A stretch of 64,000 nucleotides of DNA from Polyangiales bacterium (lineage in GTDB: Bacteria > Myxococcota_A > Polyangia > Polyangiales > Houyiibacteriaceae), in contig JBGCFM010000062.1 in the NCBI GenBank assembly GCA_045106895.1, forward strand, positions 1-64,000, in the 5' to 3' direction. The position numbers and the translations under genes were made by a program. Below the pieces are notes generated by a model, which worked only from the letters and a program-made list of their open reading frames with translations, was not told the origin of the DNA and did not search any database. How positions within the stretch are numbered: position 1 is the first letter of the stretch; every line of letters begins with the position of its first letter. Shown piece after piece: positions 8,953 to 18,797 of this stretch.

Positions 8953-11247
8953 ATGAACCCTCCGGCTGCTCGTGCTTCTGTCGTCGTCTCTTCTTTGGCT
9001 CTTCCTTTTCTCCTCGCGTCGTTGCTCTCATGTGGTTCGACGCCGGTGCCACTCGCGAGCGTTCCCCCGCTCGAAGAACACGACCCGAACGACGACATCA
9101 CGAGCGATGAAACGAACGCGCAGCCGGTGAGCGTGGCGGACGATTCCTTCCCTGGTCTCTACGCGGAGACGGCAGGTTTTCGCGCCGGCCGGCCCGCCGC
9201 GATGTCCTTCACCCCCGACGGGAACCACCTGCTTTTCCTTCGTTCTGAGGCAAGAAACGGGCAGCGCAGCCTCTACACTCTGGACGTCGCCACACGTGAA
9301 GAGAGCGTCCTGCTGACGGCGGAGCAGGTCCTTCAAGGTGACAGCGAAGAGCTGAGCGCGGAGGAGCGCGCGCTCCGTGAACGACTCCGCATGACGGCGA
9401 GCGGAATCACGAGTTACAAACTTTCTCCCGACGGCTCACAAGTCCTTGTTCCGCTCAGCGGTCACCTCTACATCGTGACCCTTGAGACGCGCGAAGTTCG
9501 CGAGCTTGCAAGCGACGGTGGATACGCAAACGACCCACGCTTCGCGCCCGACGGTCGACATGTCGCGTGCGTTCGAAATGGAGAGCTCTACGTCATCGAC
9601 GTCGCCTCGGGTCGACAGCGTCGCGTCACGCGGCGACGTGGTGAACATGTTGTAACGGGGCTCGCCGAGTTCGTCGCTCAAGAAGAGATGAGTCGTTACC
9701 ACGGCTACTGGTGGTCACCCGACAGTCGCTCCATCGTCTATCAAGAAACCGATACCGAAGGAGTCGAGACTCTTTACGCGGGCAACCCCATCAACCCGTC
9801 GTCGGAGCCGCACGGTTCGCCGTATCCACGCGCCGGAACGGCGAACGCCAAAGTGCGCTTGGGTGTCGTCTCCCGCAACGGCGGGCGCACTCGCTGGATC
9901 GACTGGGACAGTGAACAATACCCCTACCTGGCCAGTGTAAAGTGGCGCGCCGAGACGCCTCTTGCGCTCGTCGTTCAAGACCGCGCACAGCAAAACGCTG
10001 CGGTCCTCACCGTCGATCCACGCACGGGAAGAACGACCACCGTTCACGAAGAACACGACGACGCTTGGCTCAACATCGACCAGACCGTTCCGCGATTCTT
10101 AGACGCCGAACGTTTTCTCTGGAGCACGGAACGAAACGGCCGCTGGCAACTCGAAGTGCGCACCGTTGGTGGCGACGCGCGATACGTCAGCGCAGCAGAA
10201 CTTGGCTACGAACGAATCCTTCGCGTCGACGCCGACAACGTCTGGATCTCGAGCGCTCCAGCGCCCGGCGAGAACCAACTCGTTCGCATCACCCTCGGCG
10301 AGAGTGACGCCACATCCACGGTGGTGAGCGAAGCGCGCGGAATGCACAGCGCAACGTTCGGAGCGAACGGGCTTTGGGTGCACGAGCATCACCCCGAAGC
10401 GGGCCAGGCCACCTGGACGCTCAAACGAAACGAAGAGACACTCGGTCCCGTTCGATCCGTCGCCGAAGCGTTTCCCTTCGACGTGAACATCGAGTTCCAC
10501 GAAGTCGGCGAAGAGCGCTTTCGTGCTGCCGTGGTGCGGCCCCGCAACTTCGTCGAAGGACGGAAATACCCCGTGCTTGTCAGTGTCTACGGCGGGCCGG
10601 GCTACGTGAAAGTGCGACGCCAGAGTGAGCGCTGGTTGCGCGAACAGTGGCAAGCTGATCATGGCTTCATCGTTGTGAGCGTCGACGGTCGTGGGACGCC
10701 GGGGCGTGGACGAGAGTGGGAGCGCGCGATCCGCGGAAACGTCATCGACGGACCTCTCAACGATCAGGTCGCGGGCGTGCAGGCACTCGCTGCGCTTGTT
10801 CCGGAAATGGACATCGATCGCGTCGGAATTTATGGCTGGAGTTTCGGCGGTTACTTCAGCGCGATGGCCGTCGCACGACGTCCGGACATCTTCAAAGTGG
10901 GCGTCGCCGGAGCGCCCGTTTGCGACTGGCAGGACTACGACACGCACTACACGGAGCGTTTCATGGGCCTCCCGAGCGAAAATGAAGAAGGCTATCGCGT
11001 CTCCAGCGTCCTCACTTACACGGACGAACTTCGGCGGCCTTTGATGATCATCCACGGCACGAGCGACGACAATGTGTACTTCGTTCACGCGCTGAAGATG
11101 AGTGACGCCCTCCTCCGAAGCGGCGCCGCACATGAGTTCGTCGTGCTCGCTGGGTCCACGCACATGGTCGCCGACCCCAACGTGGCGAGCGCCCTTCAGT
11201 CCCGCGTCATGCGTTTCTTGTCCGCCGGCCTCCGCGACGCCCCATGA
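8953..11247 (+). CDS. S9B dipeptidyl peptidase IV, lipoprotein
   Basis: Lipobox LLSC; DPP-IV propeller (EFVAQEEM, YPRAG); triad GWSFGG, DDNV, STH; start uncertain (8929-8953). Confidence 0.93.
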   Translation: MNPPAARASVVVSSLALPFLLASLLSCGSTPVPLASVPPLEEHDPNDDITSDETNAQPVSVADDSFPGLYAETAGFRAGRPAAMSFTPDGNHLLFLRSEARNGQRSLYTLDVATREESVLLTAEQVLQGDSEELSAEERALRERLRMTASGITSYKLSPDGSQVLVPLSGHLYIVTLETREVRELASDGGYANDPRFAPDGRHVACVRNGELYVIDVASGRQRRVTRRRGEHVVTGLAEFVAQEEMSRYHGYWWSPDSRSIVYQETDTEGVETLYAGNPINPSSEPHGSPYPRAGTANAKVRLGVVSRNGGRTRWIDWDSEQYPYLASVKWRAETPLALVVQDRAQQNAAVLTVDPRTGRTTTVHEEHDDAWLNIDQTVPRFLDAERFLWSTERNGRWQLEVRTVGGDARYVSAAELGYERILRVDADNVWISSAPAPGENQLVRITLGESDATSTVVSEARGMHSATFGANGLWVHEHHPEAGQATWTLKRNEETLGPVRSVAEAFPFDVNIEFHEVGEERFRAAVVRPRNFVEGRKYPVLVSVYGGPGYVKVRRQSERWLREQWQADHGFIVVSVDGRGTPGRGREWERAIRGNVIDGPLNDQVAGVQALAALVPEMDIDRVGIYGWSFGGYFSAMAVARRPDIFKVGVAGAPVCDWQDYDTHYTERFMGLPSENEEGYRVSSVLTYTDELRRPLMIIHGTSDDNVYFVHALKMSDALLRSGAAHEFVVLAGSTHMVADPNVASALQSRVMRFLSAGLRDAP

Positions 11248-12581
11248 AGCGGCGCCTGCTTGAAGGCATTTTCCTAATCTTATTAGCTAGTTGCGGGGAC
11301 AGCGACAGCACCGACGCCGCGGTTGTTGATGCCGCAGAACTCGACGCCGAGGCTGACGCCGCCGAGGCTGACGCCGCCGAACTCGACGTCGCGGACGTCG
11401 CTCGCGTGGACCCTGGGTTCGTCGACCCCAGCACCCTGGGTCTTGAAGTCGACCCGCCGGGCCGTTGGCTTCGTGGGGATTTTCACGTCCACGCGACTGG
11501 AGCCAGCAACGACACAGGTGGCGACTCCACGCCGGAAGCGATCAAACGCGTCGCCATGGAGCGCGGCCTCTTCTTTGTGGTGTTGACCGACCACTCCAAC
11601 TCCACCGGCAGCGACGTGACGATGACCGAGGAAAACCCCGAACTCTTCAACCAGGGTCCGGAGTTTCCTTTCTGGGATCGCGCGAGCGAGCTGAGTGAAG
11701 CCGGGGTCTTTCTCATGGTCGACGGAAACGAGATCAGCCCGGTGGGTGTTGGCGATCCTCCTTCGACGCCCAGCGGACATATCGGATGTATTCCGATGAA
11801 CCTAGATACCTTTGACCGCAGCGGATCATTCATCGACCGCCCCCGCGGAGAAGTGAGCGGGCGTGACGCACTTGACCAAGCGAACGCGCGCTCCTGTTTC
11901 AGCATCGTGAATCACCCCTACGCATTCGCCCCTTGGATCGCCTTCGATTGGAGCGTGGGAGAGCCAGGCTGGGAATACCAAGGAGTCGAAGTGTGGAATG
12001 GCACGTTGGGATTCGGCCAAGATGACCAGCGAGCCCTCGATCTGTGGCGCTGTGACCTCCTCGCTGGCCGAAATGTCGCGGCCATCGCAGCAAGCGACAA
12101 TCACCGCGTAAACACCGACATTCCGGGCATGTTGACGGATCCAGCCCTCGGCTACCCCTCCACCGAGGTCTTCGCCGAAGAGCCAACATGGGCTGGAATC
12201 ATGGCTGGCCTGCGGGCGGGTCGCACTCAGTTCAGCGAAGGCGCTACGCGTATTGAGATGGATGGGTACAGCACCGAGGGGGAGCGAACGCGAGGCGGGA
12301 ACCTACACACGATTCGGCTCCGAGGGAGCCTCGATGAAGCGGTATCCAGCGGGACGCTTCGGGTAACGCGAGCGAACTCCTGTATAGACGCGCGCCCGCT
12401 CAACGACCCGCCGGTGATCGACGAGACTGTCTTGCTCGAATATGAGCTGCGAGCGGGCGAGTCCCTCGACGTGGGCTTCCTCATAAGCGACCTCGCCCCC
12501 GGGGTTTATCTCGCGTCGCTCGTGCCCGCCTCGGGGCGCTTTGCCGCCTACTCGGCGCCCCTCGTCGTCCCGTTTCCTTAG
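11244..12581 (+). CDS. PHP-fold CehA/McbA-like metallohydrolase lipoprotein
   Basis: Lipobox LASC; GDFHVH, TDH, GNE, GH, NHP, EVWNG, SDNH; ATGA overlap with the S9 gene. Confidence 0.85.
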   Translation: MKRRLLEGIFLILLASCGDSDSTDAAVVDAAELDAEADAAEADAAELDVADVARVDPGFVDPSTLGLEVDPPGRWLRGDFHVHATGASNDTGGDSTPEAIKRVAMERGLFFVVLTDHSNSTGSDVTMTEENPELFNQGPEFPFWDRASELSEAGVFLMVDGNEISPVGVGDPPSTPSGHIGCIPMNLDTFDRSGSFIDRPRGEVSGRDALDQANARSCFSIVNHPYAFAPWIAFDWSVGEPGWEYQGVEVWNGTLGFGQDDQRALDLWRCDLLAGRNVAAIAASDNHRVNTDIPGMLTDPALGYPSTEVFAEEPTWAGIMAGLRAGRTQFSEGATRIEMDGYSTEGERTRGGNLHTIRLRGSLDEAVSSGTLRVTRANSCIDARPLNDPPVIDETVLLEYELRAGESLDVGFLISDLAPGVYLASLVPASGRFAAYSAPLVVPFP

Positions 12582-12609
12582 TAACCGGTCAGAGCTTCTG
12601 AGAGGAAGA

Positions 12610-12639
12610 CTAGTGTCCGATTCAGAATCCGGACACTAG
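12610..12639. repeat. CTAG-bounded palindrome; collapsed relative of the 34.7-kb MITE
   Basis: CTAGTGTCCG-ATTCAGAATC-CGGACACTAG with 10-bp perfect arms; right CTAG is the tatD stop. Confidence 0.75.
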
Positions 12640-13451
12640 ACCAAGGCTGGCTTACGCGACCTCGCCGCTTCCAGCCCAAAAAGGGCCTCCGCGGCGGCGC
12701 TCGTATGCTCTGCCAAGTCAGCGAGGCTTTCCCCGCGGGCCATAGCCACCACTTCCGCAATATGCGGCAAGAGCGAAGGCTCGTTTCGGCCCTTCTTGGG
12801 TCTTGGCCTCAGCGTGCGCGGCGTGAGAAAGGGCGCGTCCGTTTCGATGAGCAGACGACCTGGGGGTATCTCGCCGACGAGTTCGAGGAGGTGCTGACCG
12901 CGCCGTTCATCGCAGATCCAACCGGTCACGCCGATATAAAAGCCCCGCTCCAGATACACACGAAGCTCACTTCGCTCTCCCGTGAAACAGTGAACGACGC
13001 CTTGAACAGGTCCAGTCTCGTCGAGGATCGCGCAGAAGCGCTCGTGGGCCTTTCGTTCATGGAAAAACACCGGCAAATTGCGGGCCTGCGCCAGTCGAAG
13101 CTGCGTCCTAAACACCGTTTCCTGGACACCGCGCGGTGAGAAGTCCCGATCAAAGTCCAGTCCGCATTCCCCCACCGCCACAACGCTCGGCGCGTCGAGG
13201 AGCGCCTCAAGTGCGGGTCCGCCGCCGTTGGTTTCGAAGCCCGCAGCGTCGTGGGGATGAACCCCAGCGGTCGAAAACTGTTCATATCGGGTCGCCAGAG
13301 CCGCTGCTCTTCTCGAGCTCTCGTGGGAGGTTCCCGTGAGAATGAGGTCAGAAACCCCGGCGTCCCGAGCCCTATCCACGACCTCATCGCGGTCGCGTTC
13401 GAAGCGGCGATGGTCGAGATTCACTCCAATGTCTACGTAGCGATGCGCCAT
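12636..13451 (-). CDS. tatD: TatD family hydrolase/DNase
   Basis: VDIGVNL, STAGVHPH, VGECGLDFDR, FHER, VHCFTG, ETDAPFL; start trimmed to MAHRY. Confidence 0.93.
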   Translation of the reverse strand: MAHRYVDIGVNLDHRRFERDRDEVVDRARDAGVSDLILTGTSHESSRRAAALATRYEQFSTAGVHPHDAAGFETNGGGPALEALLDAPSVVAVGECGLDFDRDFSPRGVQETVFRTQLRLAQARNLPVFFHERKAHERFCAILDETGPVQGVVHCFTGERSELRVYLERGFYIGVTGWICDERRGQHLLELVGEIPPGRLLIETDAPFLTPRTLRPRPKKGRNEPSLLPHIAEVVAMARGESLADLAEHTSAAAEALFGLEAARSRKPALV

Positions 13452-13481
13452 GTGCATGAAGCGCGTATCCTCTCGGGCAGC

Positions 13482-15200
13482 ATGAGCGCAAGCGCAGAGA
13501 AGCGAATCGGCGAGATCATCGACCGCTATCGGATCGAAGGACTCCTCGGCGAAGGGGGCTTTGGGGCGGTCTACCGCGCGAAGCACGTGGTGATGGCGCG
13601 GGACGTCGCGCTGAAGCTCCTTCACCCGGGCTCGGATCGGGACGACGACCTGCGAGAACGCTTTCTACGAGAAGCGCAGGCCGCTGCGGCCGTTGGTCAT
13701 CCTTCGATCGTGCAGATCTTCGACTGCGGGGTCACCCAGGAAGGACACGCCTTTATCGCCATGGAGATGCTGCGGGGAGAAGACCTCGAAGAGCACCTCA
13801 AGAAGCATGGCAGCCTCTCCCGGGAACACGCCGTCGGCCTCGTCGTCAAACTCCTCGACGCGCTCGACGCCGCGCATCGCGCCGGAATCGTCCATCGGGA
13901 CCTCAAGCCCGCAAACATCTTTCTCTTGGAGGACTCGGACAACATCAAGGTCTTGGATTTCGGCATCTCGCAGATGCGTGGTGAAGGCATACGAACCCTG
14001 ACACGCACGGGCATGGTGATGGGCACGCCCCATTATATGGCCCCGGAGACCTTCCGTGGCGTCGCGAATGTCGACCTTCGCGCCGATCTCTACGCCGTGG
14101 GTGCGATGCTCTACGAGCTGTTCTCCGGAACAACGCCCCATGATGCCAAAAGCTATGAGCAGCTCGTGGTCCGAGTCGCAACGCTCCCCGCGCCTTCCGT
14201 TCATGGTGCGGTTCCAGACCTGCATCCAGAGCTCGCGCGAGTCGTAGACCGTGCGCTCACCTCAAACCCCGACGATCGCTGGCCCGACGCGCGTAGCTTT
14301 CGCGACGCCCTGCTGCCCTTCCTCAGCCCGACCCTGAGCGCGACACAACAAGACGCACCTCCGATGAGCGCGCCTGTCTCAATGACCCCGGCGTGGGGGA
14401 TTGGCGCCTCCCCCATGGCTGGACAGCCCTCGCTGCAGACGACACCGATGGCTGCGGCGGACCCCCTCGGGGCGACCGGCGTCGCCGACGCCTCACACAC
14501 TCCCGCCGGGTACGTCGCGACACCGTCCGCGCACCCACCGCCCCGTACCGACGCGCCAAGCTCGTCGAAACGTGGTCTCGTCTTGCTCGCTGCGGGCGTC
14601 GTGGTCCTGCTCGCTGTTTTTGCCGTCGCTTTCCTCGCCGACAGCACGGGGAATCCTGACACCACCGCCCAAATGCCGGCGACAACAGCGCCAACAACAA
14701 CAGCGCCAACACTGCCGGTCCCGCCCACAACACCCCCGACGGCCACGCCGGCCGAGGCCGACGTGCTCCCGGACCTGCTCCCGGACAAACCCGAGCTTGT
14801 CGAAGAGGCCCTCGCCACCGCAGAGCCCGCCGCGCAGCAGAACATAGGCTCAGGCCAGCCCCCACCTCTCGCGCCACCGACGACACCACCGCCCTCCGTG
14901 GACGTGGTGCGAGTCGACCTTGTCACCGCCCTCTCCACGCCACGCGGCCCCGCTGTTGCGTTTGGGGATAGCGCTGGACAGCACCTGATGCGCTGCGCCC
15001 GGAGCCAGCCACATATCGTACGCGTGATGCTGATGGTCGGTTCGGGCGGACGAATCTCCATCGCCCAGCCCGACCCCAATGAAGACCATGGGGATGACGC
15101 CGTCGCTTCGTGCGTTGCCAACCGAATGGCTGGGCAAGGGCCCATCCCAAACGGGACAAACGGTATCCTCGTCTATCGGGTCGAGCTCCCGCCACACTGA
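13482..15200 (+). CDS. Membrane Ser/Thr protein kinase with Pro/Thr linker and small C-terminal periplasmic domain
   Basis: GEGGFG, VALK, HRDLKPAN, DFG, GTPHYMAPE; single TM; C-terminal two-Cys domain. Confidence 0.92.
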   Translation: MSASAEKRIGEIIDRYRIEGLLGEGGFGAVYRAKHVVMARDVALKLLHPGSDRDDDLRERFLREAQAAAAVGHPSIVQIFDCGVTQEGHAFIAMEMLRGEDLEEHLKKHGSLSREHAVGLVVKLLDALDAAHRAGIVHRDLKPANIFLLEDSDNIKVLDFGISQMRGEGIRTLTRTGMVMGTPHYMAPETFRGVANVDLRADLYAVGAMLYELFSGTTPHDAKSYEQLVVRVATLPAPSVHGAVPDLHPELARVVDRALTSNPDDRWPDARSFRDALLPFLSPTLSATQQDAPPMSAPVSMTPAWGIGASPMAGQPSLQTTPMAAADPLGATGVADASHTPAGYVATPSAHPPPRTDAPSSSKRGLVLLAAGVVVLLAVFAVAFLADSTGNPDTTAQMPATTAPTTTAPTLPVPPTTPPTATPAEADVLPDLLPDKPELVEEALATAEPAAQQNIGSGQPPPLAPPTTPPPSVDVVRVDLVTALSTPRGPAVAFGDSAGQHLMRCARSQPHIVRVMLMVGSGGRISIAQPDPNEDHGDDAVASCVANRMAGQGPIPNGTNGILVYRVELPPH

Positions 15201-15259
15201 CGAACTTTGCGTCGTGAGTTTGGGATTCCCGGCGCGGACGAATCGGGCTACACAGAAGT

Positions 15260-15964
15260 ATGAATGAGTCTATTCGTTTCGATCTCCAGGACGAGGTCGC
15301 GGTCATTTACTTGGACGATCAAAAAGCGAACGCGCTCACGCCGGCGACGCTCACGGATCTGACGAACGCGCTTACCCGAGCGCAAAAGGAAGCGAAAGCT
15401 GTCGTGCTTGTCGGCCGCCCTGGCCGCTTCAGCGCTGGGTTTGACCTCAAGATCATGGGGAGCGGCGCGGACGCAGCAACAGCCCTCGTCAAGACGGGCT
15501 GTGACTTCTTCATGGGCCTCTACGGACACCCCCAACCAGTGGTCGCGGCGTGCACTGGACACGCCATCGCAGGAGGTGCCGCGCTCCTCCTCTGCTCAGA
15601 CCATCGCGTTGGTACGGAAGGTGAGTTCTCCATCGGTTTCAACGAAGTGAAGATCGGCTTACCAATGCCGCTCTTCATCAGCGAGCTCGCCCAAGAACGA
15701 CTTGCGCGAAACGTGCTCTGCAGCGCGACGCTCCTCGCGCGCACGTTCTCGCCGACGGAAGCCGTCGCCGCTGGTTTCCTCGACGAGATCACCGCGCCGG
15801 ATGAACTCGTCGCAACGAGCATCGCGCGAGCCAAAGACCTCGCGCGCCTCCCAGCGAACGCGTACGCAAGCACAAAGCGAAGCCTGCGAGGTCCCTTCAT
15901 CTCGCACATTCGTGCATCCCTGGATGACGATATGGAGCGCGTCGTCGCGGACGGAAGCTTCTAG
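15260..15964 (+). CDS. Crotonase/enoyl-CoA hydratase family protein
   Basis: FSAGFDL, GHAIAGG, GFNEVKIGL. Confidence 0.92.
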   Translation: MNESIRFDLQDEVAVIYLDDQKANALTPATLTDLTNALTRAQKEAKAVVLVGRPGRFSAGFDLKIMGSGADAATALVKTGCDFFMGLYGHPQPVVAACTGHAIAGGAALLLCSDHRVGTEGEFSIGFNEVKIGLPMPLFISELAQERLARNVLCSATLLARTFSPTEAVAAGFLDEITAPDELVATSIARAKDLARLPANAYASTKRSLRGPFISHIRASLDDDMERVVADGSF

Positions 15965-16836
15965 TGCGCCACCCACAAGAGCATCCATGGTTTCAGCGTC
16001 TCGGTGGAGCTGTCGGCGCGACCATGGATCGCTTTGTGGACGACGAGATACGTGCGCGCGTTGAGGCGATGGACATCCACGCTGGCACCCACGGCTACGA
16101 CGGTTGGGGGGGCTCCAAGCTCGCCTCGACGCGTGCCCTCGGTGTCGCCCGCTTTTTCTACCGCCGCTATTTTCGCGTCGAGGCCGACGGCCTTGAGAAC
16201 GTCCCCGAAGGTCGATGCCTTCTCATTGGAAACCACAGCGGGCAGCTGCCCATCGATGGCCTCATCGTCGCGGCGGCGCTCGCCCTCGACGGACATCCTC
16301 CACGCTACGTTCACGCGATGATCGAGCGCTTCTTCGCGGGGATTCCCTTCGTGGGCGTTGGCATGTCTCGCGTGGGCCAGCAGATTGGACTGCCGCAACA
16401 CTGCGAGCGCCTGCTGACGCGCGACGACGCTGCTGTGCTTGTCTTCCCCGAAGGCCAACGAGGGAGCGGCCGCGTCGTCTGGGACCGTTACAAACTTCTG
16501 CAGTTCGGCAGCGGCTTCATGCGACTCGCATTGCGGACGGGAACCCCCATCGTGCCTTTCGGTTTTGTCGGCGGGGAAGAGATGGCCATGAGCTTCTCGC
16601 GGATGGAACCCATCGCCCGCCGTCTCGGCCTCCCTTACCTTCCGCTCTCGCCGACCTTGCTGCCGCTTCCGATGCCAGCAAAGTGTATGTTGAACATCGG
16701 CGCGCCCCTCCGCTTTGAAGGGAGCGGCAACGAGCCGGATGACGTGGTGTTGGGGTACATCGACGAGGTTAAAAGCTCCATCGCTGACCAAATCGCCGTC
16801 GGGCGAGCGCGTCGGCGTCATCCCTACTTTGGTTAG
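15964..16836 (+). CDS. Lysophospholipid/glycerol acyltransferase (PlsC family)
   Basis: NHSGQLPID (HX4D-type), VFPEG, PIVP; 1-bp overlap with the crotonase stop. Confidence 0.9.
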   Translation: MRHPQEHPWFQRLGGAVGATMDRFVDDEIRARVEAMDIHAGTHGYDGWGGSKLASTRALGVARFFYRRYFRVEADGLENVPEGRCLLIGNHSGQLPIDGLIVAAALALDGHPPRYVHAMIERFFAGIPFVGVGMSRVGQQIGLPQHCERLLTRDDAAVLVFPEGQRGSGRVVWDRYKLLQFGSGFMRLALRTGTPIVPFGFVGGEEMAMSFSRMEPIARRLGLPYLPLSPTLLPLPMPAKCMLNIGAPLRFEGSGNEPDDVVLGYIDEVKSSIADQIAVGRARRRHPYFG

Positions 16837-16895
16837 ATTCCCGCAGATTCGCGGACTTTTTGCGTGCCCTACCGGGTCTGGGCGACCATTCCAGG

Positions 16896-18686
16896 ATGGA
16901 CGACGAGAAAACCATCGGACGCTTCTCGTCTCTGCCCGAGCCCACCGTTCTCACAAACTCCGAGCCGGCGGACACCTCCAACCTCTCGCTGCCTGAACGC
17001 TACGGCGACTCCATGCTCCTCGATGAAGGCGGCATGGGACATGTTCTCCTCGCCCGCGACCGCTCAATGGGGCGCGACGTCGCTGTGAAACGGCTCCGCA
17101 GCGAGTACGCAGTGCGTGAGGATCTGCGCCTGCGCTTCCTTCGTGAGGCAGAAGTCCAAGGCGGGCTGGAACACCCTGGAGTCGTCCCCATCTACGACGT
17201 GGGCGACGCCCCGGATGGCGCGCCCTTCTTCGCAATGAAACGCCTTCAAGGACAGACACTGCACGCCATCTTAAACGCCGTCGCCGCGGGTGACCCCGTT
17301 GCCGCTGCGCGCTTTCCGTTACGTCGACGAATCGAGATCTTCGAAAGCGTGTGCCAAACGCTCCTCTTCGCTCATCACAGTGGGGTCGTGCACCGCGACG
17401 TCAAACCCGCGAACATCATGGTCGGTGAGTTCGGTGAGGTCTACCTGCTCGACTGGGGCATCGCGAAGATCATGGGGCAACCAAGCGTCACCCAGCAGAC
17501 TCGCACCGGCGAGCAGATGGGCACGCCGGGCTACATGGCACCGGAGCAGGCCATCGGCTCCCTCGACGTCGACGAGGGAGCGGACGTGTACTCCCTTGGC
17601 GTCGTGCTCTTTGAGCTTCTCACACTTCAGCCGCTCTTCAGCGGCGACCCAGACGCGAAAATTCGAGCGACGCTTCAGGATCAGAGTGACTCTCCGGCGG
17701 AGCGTTCGCCGCTACTCGATATTCCGAGTGAGCTGGATCAGCTCTGTAGAGAAGCGATCACCTTCGACCCCAAGTCACGTCTCGCCAGCGTACGGGAAGT
17801 GCACGCACGAATCTTGGCGTGGCTCGACGGGGAACGCACCGCTCTGGAGCGGGCGCGGCTCGCCCAAGTGCACACCGCACGCGCGACTCAGCTTGAGGGC
17901 GTAGACCCCGCCGCAGCGCTGAGAGAGCTTTCCGCGGCACTCGCCATCGACCCCAGCGACCGGGACGCGATGGCCGGTCTCTTGCGTCTCCTCGCAGCCC
18001 CGAACGAGGCCACGCCGGAAGCGGAGGCGGCTCTCAAAGCCCGCGCCACCGACAACCTCGTGCGCTCTGTGGGCAAGACCTATTGGGCTTACGCCGCGTA
18101 CTTGCCGTGTATCGCGTTTATCTACCTAGCCGGGATTCGCTCGGTTCCTCTCTTTGCTGCTCTCGTGGCGACGCTCGCCCTCACCGCCGTCACCGGAGCA
18201 CTCGTGCGCCTCCGCCCCAGCAACTCGACGCTCGCTGTTGCGTCGGGCTTTGGCTTTGCGGTCCTCGCGATGATCTCAACGCTCGCCGGACCGTTCAGCA
18301 TGGCGACCGGCATCGTGGTGGGGAACGGAGCCTCACTCATCCTCGCTACGCGCGCTACCCGCGCGCAACGTTGGGTTCTTGTGTTGGCGAGCGCCGTCGC
18401 CCTCGGACTGCCGTACATCCTGGCGCTCCTCGGTCTCAGCCCCATGCCTTACCGCATCGATGCCGGCGTGCTCATCACCGAACCCGTGATGGCGAACTTC
18501 GACCCTCTCTGGACGATGGCGACGGCGGCGCTGGCGACGGCTGTGAGCCTTTCGGCGACGTACCACTTGGTGGGCCAGGCCGTCGACCGCCTCAAGAGAG
18601 CGGAACGCGAAGCGTTTCTTCGCGCATGGCGCCTTGGCAAGCTGCTTCCAGCTGGGGCCAGCGAAGCCGTCGGTGAGGGCGAGTAA
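16896..18686 (+). CDS. Ser/Thr protein kinase with C-terminal multi-pass membrane domain
   Basis: EGGMG, VAVK, HRDVKPAN, DWG, GTPGYMAPE; about 5-6 TM helices at the C-terminus. Confidence 0.9.
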   Translation: MDDEKTIGRFSSLPEPTVLTNSEPADTSNLSLPERYGDSMLLDEGGMGHVLLARDRSMGRDVAVKRLRSEYAVREDLRLRFLREAEVQGGLEHPGVVPIYDVGDAPDGAPFFAMKRLQGQTLHAILNAVAAGDPVAAARFPLRRRIEIFESVCQTLLFAHHSGVVHRDVKPANIMVGEFGEVYLLDWGIAKIMGQPSVTQQTRTGEQMGTPGYMAPEQAIGSLDVDEGADVYSLGVVLFELLTLQPLFSGDPDAKIRATLQDQSDSPAERSPLLDIPSELDQLCREAITFDPKSRLASVREVHARILAWLDGERTALERARLAQVHTARATQLEGVDPAAALRELSAALAIDPSDRDAMAGLLRLLAAPNEATPEAEAALKARATDNLVRSVGKTYWAYAAYLPCIAFIYLAGIRSVPLFAALVATLALTAVTGALVRLRPSNSTLAVASGFGFAVLAMISTLAGPFSMATGIVVGNGASLILATRATRAQRWVLVLASAVALGLPYILALLGLSPMPYRIDAGVLITEPVMANFDPLWTMATAALATAVSLSATYHLVGQAVDRLKRAEREAFLRAWRLGKLLPAGASEAVGEGE

Positions 18687-18797
18687 CGAAAGCGCTCGTC
18701 ACCCAAGGGAGTAAAGCCGCGAAGCGGCGAGGGAGCTTTGCAAAACTCCTTCATAAATAAAGAAGAACCTTCGCCAACGCTAGCCGTCTCTTCTTCC

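Noticed and set aside
16849..16861. 13-mer TCGCGGACTTTTT shared with the minus strand near 57407-57419
   Set aside because: Only two copies, partly homopolymer; compatible with chance
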